DNA from: Octopus vulgaris
Lineage: Eukaryota
Assembly (NCBI GenBank): GCA_951406725.2
Contig: OX597832.1
Coordinates: forward strand, 56,978,001 to 57,042,000
Direction of reading: 5' to 3'
Length of the DNA stretch: 64,000 nucleotides
Shown here: one piece after another, positions 12,030 to 23,330 of the stretch
Position numbering within the stretch: the stretch's first letter is position 1
How the letters are laid out: each line of letters starts with the position of its first letter
Position numbers and translations under genes: made by a program
Notes under the pieces: model-generated
Databases searched by the model: none
What the model saw: the letters and a program-made list of their open reading frames with translations, nothing else
What the model was told of the DNA's origin: nothing

Positions 12030-12520
12030 GTGTGAGGGAACAATTTTAATCTAATACATGCAGCGTCGGCAGTTTATTAAGTAAAAATTAAACTTGTACA
12101 AGCAAATCTTCAGCAGAACAGAGTTCTGTTAGTTGCCATCTATGTAAAGCATTTCACAATTATCTCTAGATAATAATCTAACAACCTACACAATGATCGA
12201 AAGAAGATTTAACGAGTTGATTGAACTGAGATTCCTGACTGGATTGAAAAAATAAATAAAATGTTGTGTGGGAAATAGAACAAGAAAACAAAAACTGAAT
12301 TGAAGGAGACGATTACTGAGTTAGAAAACGAAGAAAAAATAACGACAATATTTGAAAATCAAGATTTACTTGAAATGTGGTTACAATACAATTTGAAATT
12401 TCTTTCATTATAAAGTGAAGCCAAGCTAATTTCCATTCTTTTCCATTATTATCCCCTTTAGCAAAGAAAAGCTTTAGTGCTTTAACAAAATTTTTGACAA
12501 ATAATGGGAACCAAATATAA
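12030..12520 (+). pseudogene. Second hAT transposase fossil, opposite strand
   Basis: Manual translation: KLNLYKQ...RRFNELIEL...ELKETITELENEEKITTIFENQDLLEMWLQ...SFSALTKFLT, with stops and frameshifts. Confidence 0.55.
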
Positions 12521-12624
12521 CAAAACTTGTTCTTGGTTGGTTGGCAATCAGCAACGAGGATCACATTAATTAAAAAAAAATATATAAAAAAAACTGTTTG
12601 CTATTCTAATTATTTTTAACTTTG

Positions 12625-13022
12625 ATCGTTTGCTGGTTTCAGTCATTGGACTGTTGTAACAATGCTGGGTCACTGCCTTGAACAGATTTAGTCAAACGGT
12701 CAGCCTCACCATTTATTTTTTAGTGTCTGGCAACCTTTTGCTGAACTGCTAAGCTACAGGTAACATAAACAAACCAACATTGGTTGTCAAGCGAGGGGGA
12801 AACAAATACACAAAAACATACAAACGCACACACATACACACAAACGCCATATACAACAGGCTTCCAAACAGTTTCCATATTTACTGAATTCACTCAAAGG
12901 GTATTTGGTCAGGCTGGAGCTATACTGCGAATAAAATACATGCCCAAGGTGCTGCGCAATGGGACTGAACCCAAAACCATCTAGTTGCAAAGCAAGCTTC
13001 CTAACCACACAGCCATGCCTGT
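12625..13022 (-). mobile_element. SINE family A, diverged
   Basis: tgcccaaggtg...gggactgaaccc...ccacacagccatgcc. Confidence 0.75.
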
Positions 13023-13039
13023 ATACATATTGATTCCAT

Positions 13040-13625
13040 TGGTTTCAGATTTTGGCACAAGGACACCAATTTCAGAGGAGGGGTTAAGCTGATTACATTG
13101 ACCCCAGTGTTCAACTGATACTTATTTTATCAATCCCGAAAGGATGAAAGGTAAAGTTGACCTCTGCTTAATTTGAGCTCAAAATGTAAAGATGGACGAA
13201 ATACCACTAAGCATTTTTCCCAGCGTAGGAGTGGCTGTTTGGTAAGTAGCTTGCTTACGAACCATATGGTTCCAGGTTCAGTCCCACTGCATGGCACCTT
13301 GGGCAAGTGTCTTCTACTATAGCCTTGGGCCGACCAAAGCCTTGTGAGTGAATTTGGTAGATGGAAACTGAAAGAAACCCGTCGCATATATGCATATATA
13401 TGTGTTTGTGTGTCTGTTTTTATCCCCCCCAACATCGCTTGACAACCGATGCTGGTGTGTTTACATCCCTTAGCAGTTCAGCAAAAGAGACCAATAGAAT
13501 AAGTACTAGGCTTACAAAGAATAAGTCCTGGGGTCGATTCGCTCAACTAAAGGCAGTGCTCCAGCATGGCCGCAGTCAAATGACTGAAACAAGTAAAAGA
13601 GTAAGAGCATGCTAACGATTCTACC
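13040..13625 (-). mobile_element. SINE family B interrupted by a family A copy
   Basis: Family B sequence at 13040-13222 resumes at ~13606 (gcatgctaacgattct). Confidence 0.7.
13222..13607 (+). mobile_element. SINE family A, full length
   Basis: gcgtaggagtggctg ... tgactgaaacaagtaaaagag. Confidence 0.9.
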
Positions 13626-13804
13626 TTACACTTGTATATTTATTATTAATAAATAATCCCTGTTATCTTTGTCTTTCTTATTTTCAATCACATTAATAAA
13701 CAAAGTACCTTTAAGAAAAACTTACACGTGTCATTTTGCAGTGAAATATTTCATGAGATACAGACTAAGTGATACAACTGAACAAAATTTTCCATTGTCG
13801 TTGC

Positions 13805-13837
<33 letters not shown>

Positions 13838-14080
13838 CATTATCATCATTTTTATCATCATTATTATTATTATTATTATTATTATCATTATTATTATTAT
13901 TATCATTATTATTATTATTATCATTATTATTATTATTATCATTATTATTATTATTATTATTATCATTATTATTATTATTATCATTATTATTATTATTATT
14001 ATTATTATCATTATCATTAACATTAGTATTATTATTATTATTATTATCATTATCATTAACATTATTATTATTATTATTAA

Positions 14081-14111
<31 letters not shown>

Positions 14112-14132
14112 GTTGTTGTTGTTGTTATTATT
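13805..14132. repeat. (TTA)n/(TCA)n microsatellite
   Basis: Direct reading. Confidence 0.95.
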
Positions 14133-14701
14133 GTAAGCCATGTCTCTGAATACTTTCTGGTTTCAGATAGAGAAATAATAATTGTTTTCACAGCTGAAAT
14201 GAATATATTATCGAATGAAATTGTTCTAGTCATCCGAAATGCTAAATTCAGTATTAAAAGACAGTCTTTCACCTGACAGTCATACAAATGGTCACTGCCA
14301 GCTTTCAGCTAAGGTGTTCAACAGAACACCTGAACCAGAAGCAACAACAACATGAATTTCATAATATAAACATAATATTCTTCTAAATCTTCTGTCATAC
14401 AATTCTGTCCATTTCTTTCATGGTTCTAAATGTCTCCTGCAGGGAAGGTAAGAGTTCTATTAGAAATCATGGATATATCACCGTCATCATTTTACCATCC
14501 ACTTTTCTATGCTGGCCGAGGTCAGGTGGAATTCGTTGAGATAGATTGTCTATGACTGGATGCCCTTTTCTGTCACGAAGCATGGTAACAGGTGAGAAAG
14601 TGTTTTCGCAGAGTCTTGGAGACGAATGACACAGCTCATGACATTTACAGCTATCATATGAGGTCAAGATAAGGAGACAACACAAAATACTCACATCATG
14701 T

Positions 14702-14737
<36 letters not shown>

Positions 14738-14874
14738 TGCGACATCCTTTGTGTTCTGTTTTTTATTTCATTTGATGCATATACCCTCTCACTTCTGCTA
14801 CTAGCTGGCATATACAGGTGCTTACAATTATCAAGTATTCACCCTGAATTTATATATATATATATATATATGTA

Positions 14875-15100
14875 TTCTTTTGTTCTTTTATCTGTTTCAG
14901 TCATTTGGCTGTGGCCATGCTGGAGCACCACCTTTAGTCGAACAGATCAACCACAGGACTTATTCTTTGTAAGCCTAGTACTTACTCAGTCAGTCTCTTT
15001 TGCCAAACCACTAACTTACAAGGACATAAACACACCAACATCGATTGTCAAGCGATGGTGGGACAAACACGGATGCACAAACACACACACACACACTCAT
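14875..15100 (-). mobile_element. SINE family A, 3' half
   Basis: ggacttattctttgtaagcctagtactta. Confidence 0.8.
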
Positions 15101-15114
15101 ATATATATATAAGA

Positions 15115-15655
15115 ATACCCTTCAATCATTGGGCAATAAACTGCACTTGCGAAGACCTGTTGAGTCAAGTGAAGTCATTGTCATGGCCAATGCCAGTACC
15201 GCCTGATCGGCGCCATTAGAGTGTGATCGTTGCCAGTACTGCCTGACTAGCTGCCATGCCAGTGGCACATAAAAAAACATCATTCGAGTGTGGTTGATGC
15301 CAGTGCTGACTGACTGGCCCTTGTGCCAGTGGCACATAAGAAGCACCATTTGAGCTTGGTCGATGCCAGTGCTGGCTGATTGGCTCCCATGCCTGTCGGA
15401 TGTAAAAGGCACCATTCAAGCGTGGTTGATGTCAGGACTGCCTGACTGGCCCTTGTGCCGGTGGCAAGTACAAAGCACTCACTATACTCTCGGAGTGGTT
15501 GGAGTTAGGAAGGGCATCCAGCTGTAGAAACCTTGCCAGATCAGATTGGAGCCTGGTTCAGCCTCCTGGATTACCAGTCCTCAGCAGTCCTCAGTCAAAC
15601 AGTCCAACCCATACCAGTATGGAAAGTGGACATTAAATGTTGATGATAATGATGG
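15115..15655 (+). mobile_element. Repeat family C with internal ~55-60-bp tandem units
   Basis: Repeated gtgccagtggcacataaaaagcacc units, then ggagtggttgg..ttaggaagggcatccagctgtagaaac and a (GAT)n tail. Confidence 0.8.
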
Positions 15656-15770
15656 TGCTATATATATATATATAAGTTTGGATTTATTCCCTAATATTTA
15701 TAATTATATATATATATATATAGCACCATCATTATCATCAACATTTAATGTCCACTTTCCATACTGGTAT
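15611..15770. repeat. Perfect local inverted duplication with ~60-bp arms
   Basis: ataccagtatggaaagtggacattaaatgttgatgataatgatggtgcta(ta)n and its exact reverse complement. Confidence 0.9.
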
Positions 15771-15788
15771 ATATATATATACATACAT

Positions 15789-15913
<125 letters not shown>

Positions 15914-16054
15914 TATGAGCATTATGGCCAAACAGTTAAGTAGTTTGCTTTGCAACCATGAGATCCCAAGTTCAATCTGATTGTGTGACACACACACATA
16001 TATAAAGAAAGAGAGAGAGGGACATGCACATACACACACACAATTATTACTATA

Positions 16055-16085
<31 letters not shown>

Positions 16086-16543
16086 CTGTGTGTTTTGTAG
16101 CAAACTGGCAGGCCAGTAATGGAGGGGCCTTATGTCACTGTGTAAATTAATTAAGCCGCCAATTAGCGAATTAGTTAAATGTCCAGTGTTTATATATGTG
16201 TCAGTAATTCTTGGTATTTTTGCTATGGTCCATATTTCAACAATGACTCTTACTAAAAGAAATGGGGGCACCGATATTCAAGTATTACCATCCTTGATTC
16301 CTCTGGAAACACAATGAAACTGTAAATGTGAGTAATACTATACTATAGTTTACTGCCCCACCCCCTCTCATAAGGAAGTGCATTCCAGTTGTTCTTTTGT
16401 TGTTGGTTTTTTTTTTCTTTTAAATAAAGAATTTGATACTATGGGAAGGTAAACTGGTGGTCAAACAGAGGGTGAGAAACATTCTTGTTCAGTGAAGCAT
16501 GTATTTAGTACTACAGAGGTTATCCAGTACAGAATGATATACT

Positions 16544-16940
16544 CCTTTTTACTCTTTTATTTGTTTCAGTCATTTGACTGTGGCCATGCTGGAGCACTGC
16601 CTTTAGTCGAGCAAATCGACCCCAGGACTTATTCTTTGTAAGCCTAGTATTTATTCTATGGGTCTGTTTTGCCAAACCGCTAAGTTACAGGGATGTAAAC
16701 ACACCAGCATCGGTTGTCAAGCGATGTTGGGAGGGACAAACACAGACACACAAATACATACACACACAAATATACATATATATATGACAGTCTTCTTTCA
16801 ATTTCAATCTACCAAATCCACTCACAAGGCTTTGGTCGACCCGAGGCTATAGTAGAAGACACTCGCCCAAGGTGCCACGCAGTGGGACTGAACCTGGAGC
16901 TATGTGGTTGGTAGCAAGCTACTTACCACACAGCCACTCC
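16544..16940 (-). mobile_element. SINE family A, full length
   Basis: Reverse complement of the family consensus, ending ccacacagccactcc. Confidence 0.9.
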
Positions 16941-16949
16941 ATTTTTTTT

Positions 16950-17190
16950 TAATCATCAACATCATCATCATCATCATTTAAAGTCTGTTTCCCATGCTGG
17001 CATGGATTGGACGGCGTGATAGGAACTGGCCAGGCACCGCACCAGGTTCTGTATACTGTTTTGGCTTGGTTTCTATAGCCGGATGCCCTGCCTAATGCCA
17101 ACCACCTTACAGAGTGTACTGGATGCTTTTCTTCACATGGCACCAGCACCAGTGCATTTTATGTGGCACCAGAACCAGTGCTTTGCATGT
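16950..17190 (-). mobile_element. Repeat family C
   Basis: (CAT)n tail; ggatgccctgcctaatgccaacc. Confidence 0.75.
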
Positions 17191-17766
17191 GACACAAGCT
17201 TTTATTTTTTTGCTTTTTCTTTGGTTTTTTTTTTCCTCCTGTCTGAACATTGATGTGTACAAATAACTCACATAAGACTTTAAAAAATAATGTATTAAAA
17301 TAAAAGACAACCTTAAACCTTTTGATACCAACCCTCCTGAAACTATTCCTGGTTCTACAAGACAATCTTGCTGTTTAAAACATGATCTAAATCAAAACTT
17401 TCCATCAAAATTCCACGTTCGTTTGTTCCAAAAACCAGGTTAAAAACAACAAAGCTATTTTATTAAATTCTACATGACTCAGGAAAAAGCTGCCACCAAG
17501 CCTAGTATGTGCTCTTATCTGGCATCTCTCATATTAAATGTCTCTGTATCTTTTTTTCTCTTACTCCTTCTCTCTGTATACTTTTTGTTAAATCCTTGAA
17601 ATGTTGGATTATTATAATGCCCACTTCAGCATACGGATACTTAATGAAACCAGTAAAGACACGGCTATCTTTGATCACCTACTGTGAACTCTCTGGTACT
17701 TCACATACTTCTCTTTGCTTACTAGGTTGTTCCATTTGTCACATGGGAGGGGTGTACACTTTTAAG

Positions 17767-18355
17767 CAGTGGTTTCCAACCATTTTTTTTATCTATGGAC
17801 CCCTTTAGACAGACTAGGCCCCAAATTAACAATAGGCTGGAGGTTGGCAGTCAATATATTATTTAGCTACATCTGGATGCATGTAGCTTCATTTTTGATA
17901 ACATGTAGGCGTAGGAGTGGCTGTGTGGTAAGTAGCTTGCTTACCAACCACATGGTTCCGGGTTCAGTCCCACTGCGTGGCACCTTGAGCAAGTGTCTTC
18001 TACTATAGCCTCGGGGTGACCAAAGCCTTGTGAGTGGATTTGGTAGACAGAAACTGAAAGAAGCCTGTCATATATATGTATATATATATATATGCATGTG
18101 TGTGTATATGTTTGTCTCCCCAACATCACTTGACAACTGATACTGGTGTGTTTACGTCTCTGTAACTTAGCAGTTCGGCAAAAGAGCCCGATAGAATAAG
18201 TACTAGGCTTACAAAGAATAAGTCCTGGGGTCGATTTGATTCAACTAAAGGCGGTACTCCAGCATGGCCACAGTCAAATGACTGAAACAAGTAAAAGGGT
18301 AAAAGAGCAAAGAGAGGACCCCTAGGGAACATATGGACCCTGGCTGAGAACATTA
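17767..18355. mobile_element. hAT/Charlie-type MITE hosting a SINE
   Basis: Ends cagtggtttccaacc / ggctgagaacatta; 8-bp flanks cttttaag / ctttaaag; ggaccc sub-terminal motifs. Confidence 0.55.
17907..18315 (+). mobile_element. SINE family A, full length
   Basis: aggcgtaggagtggctgtgtggtaag ... gactgaaacaagtaaaag. Confidence 0.9.
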
Positions 18356-18709
18356 CTTTAAAGCACAAACAGGGAAGTCATACAACCAGACAGTTTATAT
18401 TGGTGCTTCTCATATTTAGATTTGTAAAAGAGAATAAGGCTAGATCCACAATTTCTATCGAAATAAAATCGCTAGAATTTGAGGAAATATCTTAGTATTT
18501 GCATTAGTAACAGACAATTAAGTGAAAGAATTTTTCAGAGCAGAGACCTTCATTCACCATGGAAACGATTCGTCAAACTATATTCTGCAGCATTTTACTA
18601 AATCCTATATTTCTCAGTGGATGTAACACAATTTTCAAAACACAATAGAACTGAATTAATGTTTTTATTATGCTTACCTATATTATATACATAGTGTATA
18701 TATATCTAT

Positions 18710-18900
18710 ATCATCATCATCATCATTATCATTTAACGTCTGTTTTCCATGCTGGCATGGGTTGGATGGTTTCATCAGAGCTGGCATGTGGGAGAACTGC
18801 ACCAGGTTCCAGTCTAATTTGGCTTGGTTTCTACAGCTTGATACCCTTCCTAATGCCAACCACTTTGCAGTGTACACTGGGTGCTTTTTACATTCACCAG
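18710..18900 (-). mobile_element. Repeat family C
   Basis: catttaacgtctgttttccatgctggcatgggttgg. Confidence 0.75.
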
Positions 18901-19129
18901 CATGTATATGTGTATATATACAATATATATATACTCCCATACATACTTTAGTGTGGATGTGTGTGTGTGTATACACACATATGTACATATGCTTACATTA
19001 TGTTTATATACATGTTATAAACATACAGACATTACATATACATACATAATACATGTAGTTATGTAGATAAAAGCATATTACTCTACCTCCATTATTTGAG
19101 TACTATTTTTTCCACCTTGTTTTGCATTT

Positions 19130-19296
19130 ATATGCTATATTCGTGAATTCTATTTCTAGGTCAGATAAGAGGTATAAGCCTACAAGATCGGTAACCTCAG
19201 CTGAATCTGGGGCTCCCATGGGTATATCAAAACAATCTCTAGTGTCTTTTCTTGCCCATAGTTTATCTTTATATTTTATAATGGACTTCCTCGCAC
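19130..19296 (-). pseudogene. Penelope-like element reverse transcriptase fragment
   Basis: ORF 19103-19342: ARKSIIKYKDKLWARKDTRDCFDIPMGAPDSAEVTDLVGLYLL matches the PLE RT motif FDVxMGSxDGAEVCELVGLYIL. Confidence 0.75.
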
Positions 19297-20322
19297 CCAC
19301 ACATACACATACACACACATACACACACACAAACACAAACATGTATATATATATGGAAAGAAGTCAAGGTAGAAAATGCTAAAATAATTTTGTAAAAAGC
19401 ATTTCAGTACCGGTTTCAGTCATTGAGACGTTTTCAAATCTAAGTATGGAAAACAATTAAATTTTGAAAATATTAAATGAAAAGTTTTTCAAAGAAGAAT
19501 ATTTGCATAGTATTCAAATAGAAGGGGCATTTTCCTTGTTTCTGCCTGTCTCTGTCTCTCTTGTTTACTCTTGTGGGTTTGAGGTCGTTGTGAATATATA
19601 AAGCTAGATTATAGATATGCATATTGCAGGCAAAAAACTTCAATCAAACAATTCTTTTTTAAAAATTTAACTATACTATAGGAATACAAACATAAAATCA
19701 GTTTAAATAGAAACATTCTCCATGATATTCACATGTTTGCTGAATATCTAAATAAATTTACCTAAGTGAATGTAATAAATGTTTAGTGTCATGGTTTATT
19801 TTCTAAAAGATGAACTTGATCAAAATACTGAACTAATTGTTGCTGTAAAGTGGTTTCTATTAGATCACCAAAGTCAAAATAGTTCTATGTCAGGAATAAT
19901 GGTTAATAAAGGAGATGGCTATCTGAATATTTATGATATTCTGTAGCAACTGAAGCAGTTGTCAGAATGAGCAAACAAGATTGACCAGACAAGAACTTTC
20001 AATAAATGGTGTCAACTTAAATGGAAGTAGAAAAAAAAAAATTCTAAAAAATGGTAGAAATAAATTATATTTCAGATCTGTACTTGTTTGGAAAATGACA
20101 TGTTGAAAGTGAAGCAACTATATCATGGAAATGTTTTTAACCATTTAGGAACAACAGAAAAGCGTGATATATCTTTCCTTGTTTATCACAGGGGTTTGGC
20201 TCTAAAAATAAACAAAAACTCACTGATAAAAGAATCAATGATAAATAAGTCATAACCACACAATTTTGTAAACAGAATGAACAGCAGACTTGTTGACAGC
20301 AAACTTGCAAACCACAAAAGCG

Positions 20323-20778
20323 ATTAGAAAATTACTATTTTTAAACCTCACAATGAGAGATATTCAGCAACAGTACTTTGTAGTAAAGATTGTTTGCCAA
20401 CATAAAATGGCAGTCCTGGTTTAGGATGAATGTTGTTGTAATTTAGTTCCAGGAGACATCATCTCCAGCTGGCTATACAACACGATCTGTGTCCTTATAT
20501 TTTCAAATAAGGGAATCTAGCACCCAACTCAGCTCAAAACAATATCTGTGTATCATGATTTCCGGGTTGTTTCCCTTCATCAGCACAGAATAATTGTTCA
20601 TCTAGAGGTGGCGCTGCCAAATTCCCATTCGAAATATATAGTTTTCAAAGTGACAACTAGTCACTGACCTATAAATTAGAAAATTACTATTTTTAAATCT
20701 CACAAGAGATATTCAGCAACATTAGTCCTAAACCAGGACTGCCGTGTTATGTTGGCAAGCAATCTTTACTCCAAAGTA
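20323..20778 (-). mobile_element. Penelope-like pseudo-LTR structure (direct + inverted terminal segments)
   Basis: Direct repeat 20323-20372 / 20675-20720; inverted repeat 20374-20436 / 20714-20778; internal hammerhead. Confidence 0.65.
20546..20588 (-). ncRNA. Type I minimal hammerhead ribozyme
   Basis: Minus strand: CTGTG CTGATGA A GGG AAACAA CCC G GAA ATCATGAT A CACAG. Stem I CTGTG/CACAG, intact core, stem II GGG/CCC, palindromic stem III, AUA site. Confidence 0.7.
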
Positions 20779-21159
20779 AAGTAGCTTGCTTACCAACCAC
20801 ATGGTTCCAGGTTCAGTCCTACAGCATGGCACCTTGGGCAAGTGTCTTCTACTATAGCCTTGTGAGTGGATTTGGTAGACGGAAACTGAAAGAAGCCCGT
20901 CGTATATATAAATATATATATATATGTGTGTGTGTTTGTGTGTGTATGTATATGTTTGTGTGTCTGTATTTGTCCCCCCAACATTGCTTGACAACCGATG
21001 GTGGTGTGTTTACGTCCCTGTCACTTAGCAGTTCAGCAAGAGAGACTGATAGAATAAGTACTAGGCTTACAAAGAATAAGTTCTGGGGGCAATTTGCTCG
21101 ACTAAAGGCAGTGCTCCAGCATGGTCACAATCAAATGACTGAAACAAATAAAATAATAA
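20779..21159 (+). mobile_element. SINE family A
   Basis: Matches the family consensus; slightly 5' truncated. Confidence 0.88.
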
Positions 21160-21375
21160 GGTAGCAAGCTGACAGAATCATTAACACATCGGGCAAATTG
21201 CTTATCAGCACTTTGTCAGTCTTGACATTCTGAGTTCAAATTCCACCAAAGTCAACTTTGCCTTTCTCTCTTTTAGAGTTAATAAATTAAGTACCAGTTG
21301 TATCCTGGGGTCGATGTAATCGACTAGTCACCCTCCCCCAAAATTCCAGGCCCTGTGCCTTTAGAAGAAAGAATT
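21160..21375 (+). mobile_element. SINE family B
   Basis: ctgagttcaaattccaccaaagtcaactttgcctt...aattaagtaccag. Confidence 0.8.
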
Positions 21376-21879
21376 ATTATTGTTATTCATAATTTTTGAA
21401 TAACGGTAACAGATCAAAGCTTCTGCAGTTGAAGGGCAAGAGGTCCTATGTAATCCCTTTAAATACCAACACGCAAACAGTTTCTGTATAACCCATCATT
21501 TATAGCCGCAATTTCTAACCTTTTACTATTGTGAATTATTTTGGAAAAAAATCAATAATCTTCTTGACTCTCTTTTTAATATTCCAATGAGGCACAATTA
21601 ACATTTGGTGCTTTTCTTGGGGAAATATTCTTCAACATTCTGTTTGCTGTCACCATTGTAGAGTGGCCGATATTCCCATGTTTAACATTACCGTTTTATC
21701 CATATTCCTCCTATTTCTAACAGTATTGCATATTCTGTTCCAATCCATATTTCATATCCTATTTCATCCATATTCCAACATATATAACATTACCATAATC
21801 ATTTTATTACATATTTCATAAGTAAAAACCAAAACTGTTTTGTGCTGCTTCAAGAATTAGGATGTTACCTAATCTGGGT

Positions 21880-22540
21880 TGTAACCCATAGCTGGGAATC
21901 GATGGTTTTCAGTCTATGTGGTCTTGGGTTCAGTTCTGGTCCATGGCACCTTAGGTAAGTGTCTTCTACTGTGGCTGCATTCCGACCAAAGTCTACTATG
22001 TGAATTTGGTCAACGGAAACTGAAAGAAGCCTGTTGTGGGTGTGCATGTGTGTGCATGTGTGGGTGTGTGTATGTGTGCATGTGTGTATGTGTGCACGTG
22101 TTCACATGTGTGTGTGTGTTCACATGTGTGTGTGCATGTGTGTGTGTTCATGTGTGTGTGGAAGCATATGTCTTTCCATGTGTATGTGCATATGTGTGTA
22201 TGCACATGTGTGTGTGTGTGCACACGTGTGTGTGCACACATGTGTGTGTATGTGTACATGCTTGCATGTGCACACACACATGTGAATGCATGTGCATGTG
22301 TGTGTGTGTGTGTATCCTTGTCTTGACATCTATGTTGCAGTTGTTAAAAAGTATCATTGTCATACAAGCAAGAAGGTTTGCTTCCAGTCATCTGTGAAAA
22401 ACATGTTTAGCCGTGGAGAAATATTATATTGCTTAGCAACAAGTGAGGGTTGGCAACAGGAAGAGCATCCAACCATAGAAAAAAAAAATCTGTCTCAACA
22501 AATTCTATTCAACCCATGCAAGCATAGAAAACCGTGTTAG
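21880..22540 (+). mobile_element. SINE family A head with an RTE-type tail
   Basis: accttaggtaagtgtcttctact head, (TG)n, then gggttggcaacaggaagagcatcc...aacccatgcaagcat tail. Confidence 0.6.
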
Positions 22541-22921
22541 AGAGTGGCAGATTCTGACCATTCCTCAGTACGAACCCCGCCCCCTCAGTACACACACACA
22601 CACACACTTCAAGCTCAGACCAACATACAGTTCTGTGGTCAGTGAAAAATTATATTACTTGCTACCAATAGCTTCTTGACTCTTTTTTAATATTCTAATG
22701 TAGCACATTTAACATTTGGCACTTTTCTTTGGGAAGTATTCTTCAACATCTTGGTTGCTATCAATATTGTACAGTCGCCCATATACAACATTACCATTTT
22801 ATCTATATTTTTTCTCCATTTATAACATTACCATTTTATCCATATTCATCCTATTCCTAACAGTATTGCATATTCTATTCCAATCCATATTTTATATCCG
22901 TTTTCATCCATATTCCAACAT

Positions 22922-23087
22922 AGGCGTAGGAGTGGCTATGTGGTAAATAGCTTGCTTACCAACCACATGGTTTCAGGTACAGTCCCACTGTGTGATACCT
23001 TGGGCAAGTGTCTTCTACCATAGCCTTGGGCTAACTAAAGCTTTGTGAGTGGATTTGGTAGACAAAAACTGAAAATAGCCCGTTGTA

Positions 23088-23118
<31 letters not shown>

Positions 23119-23330
23119 GTACGTGTGTGTATATGTTTGTGTGTCTGTTTGTTCCCCCAACATCGCTTGACAACCGATGCTGGTGTGTTTACGTCCCTGT
23201 AACTTAGCGGTTCGGCAAAAGAGACAGATAGAATAAGTACTAAGCTTACAAAGAATAAGTCCTGGGGTCGATTTGCTCGACTAAAGGAGGTGCTCCAGCA
23301 TGGCCACAGTCAAAAACAAGTAAAAGAGTA
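22922..23330 (+). mobile_element. SINE family A, full length, inserted after the duplication
   Basis: Matches the consensus; absent from the paralogous segment at ~21780. Confidence 0.9.

Noticed and set aside
13130-13615. Recurrent ORFs with RRHLPKVP / CHAVGLN / STRLTKNKSWG peptides
   Set aside because: Translations of SINE family A on either strand, not a gene family
14430-14455. Plus-strand ctcctgcag|GGAAG|gtaaga 5-nt micro-exon
   Set aside because: Frame-shifting length, no partner exons, readily expected by chance
15200-15480. CRISPR-like array of palindromic repeats (also 25347-25575)
   Set aside because: The intervening sequences are homologous to each other, there are no cas genes, the context is eukaryotic, and the array is internal to a dispersed retro-repeat
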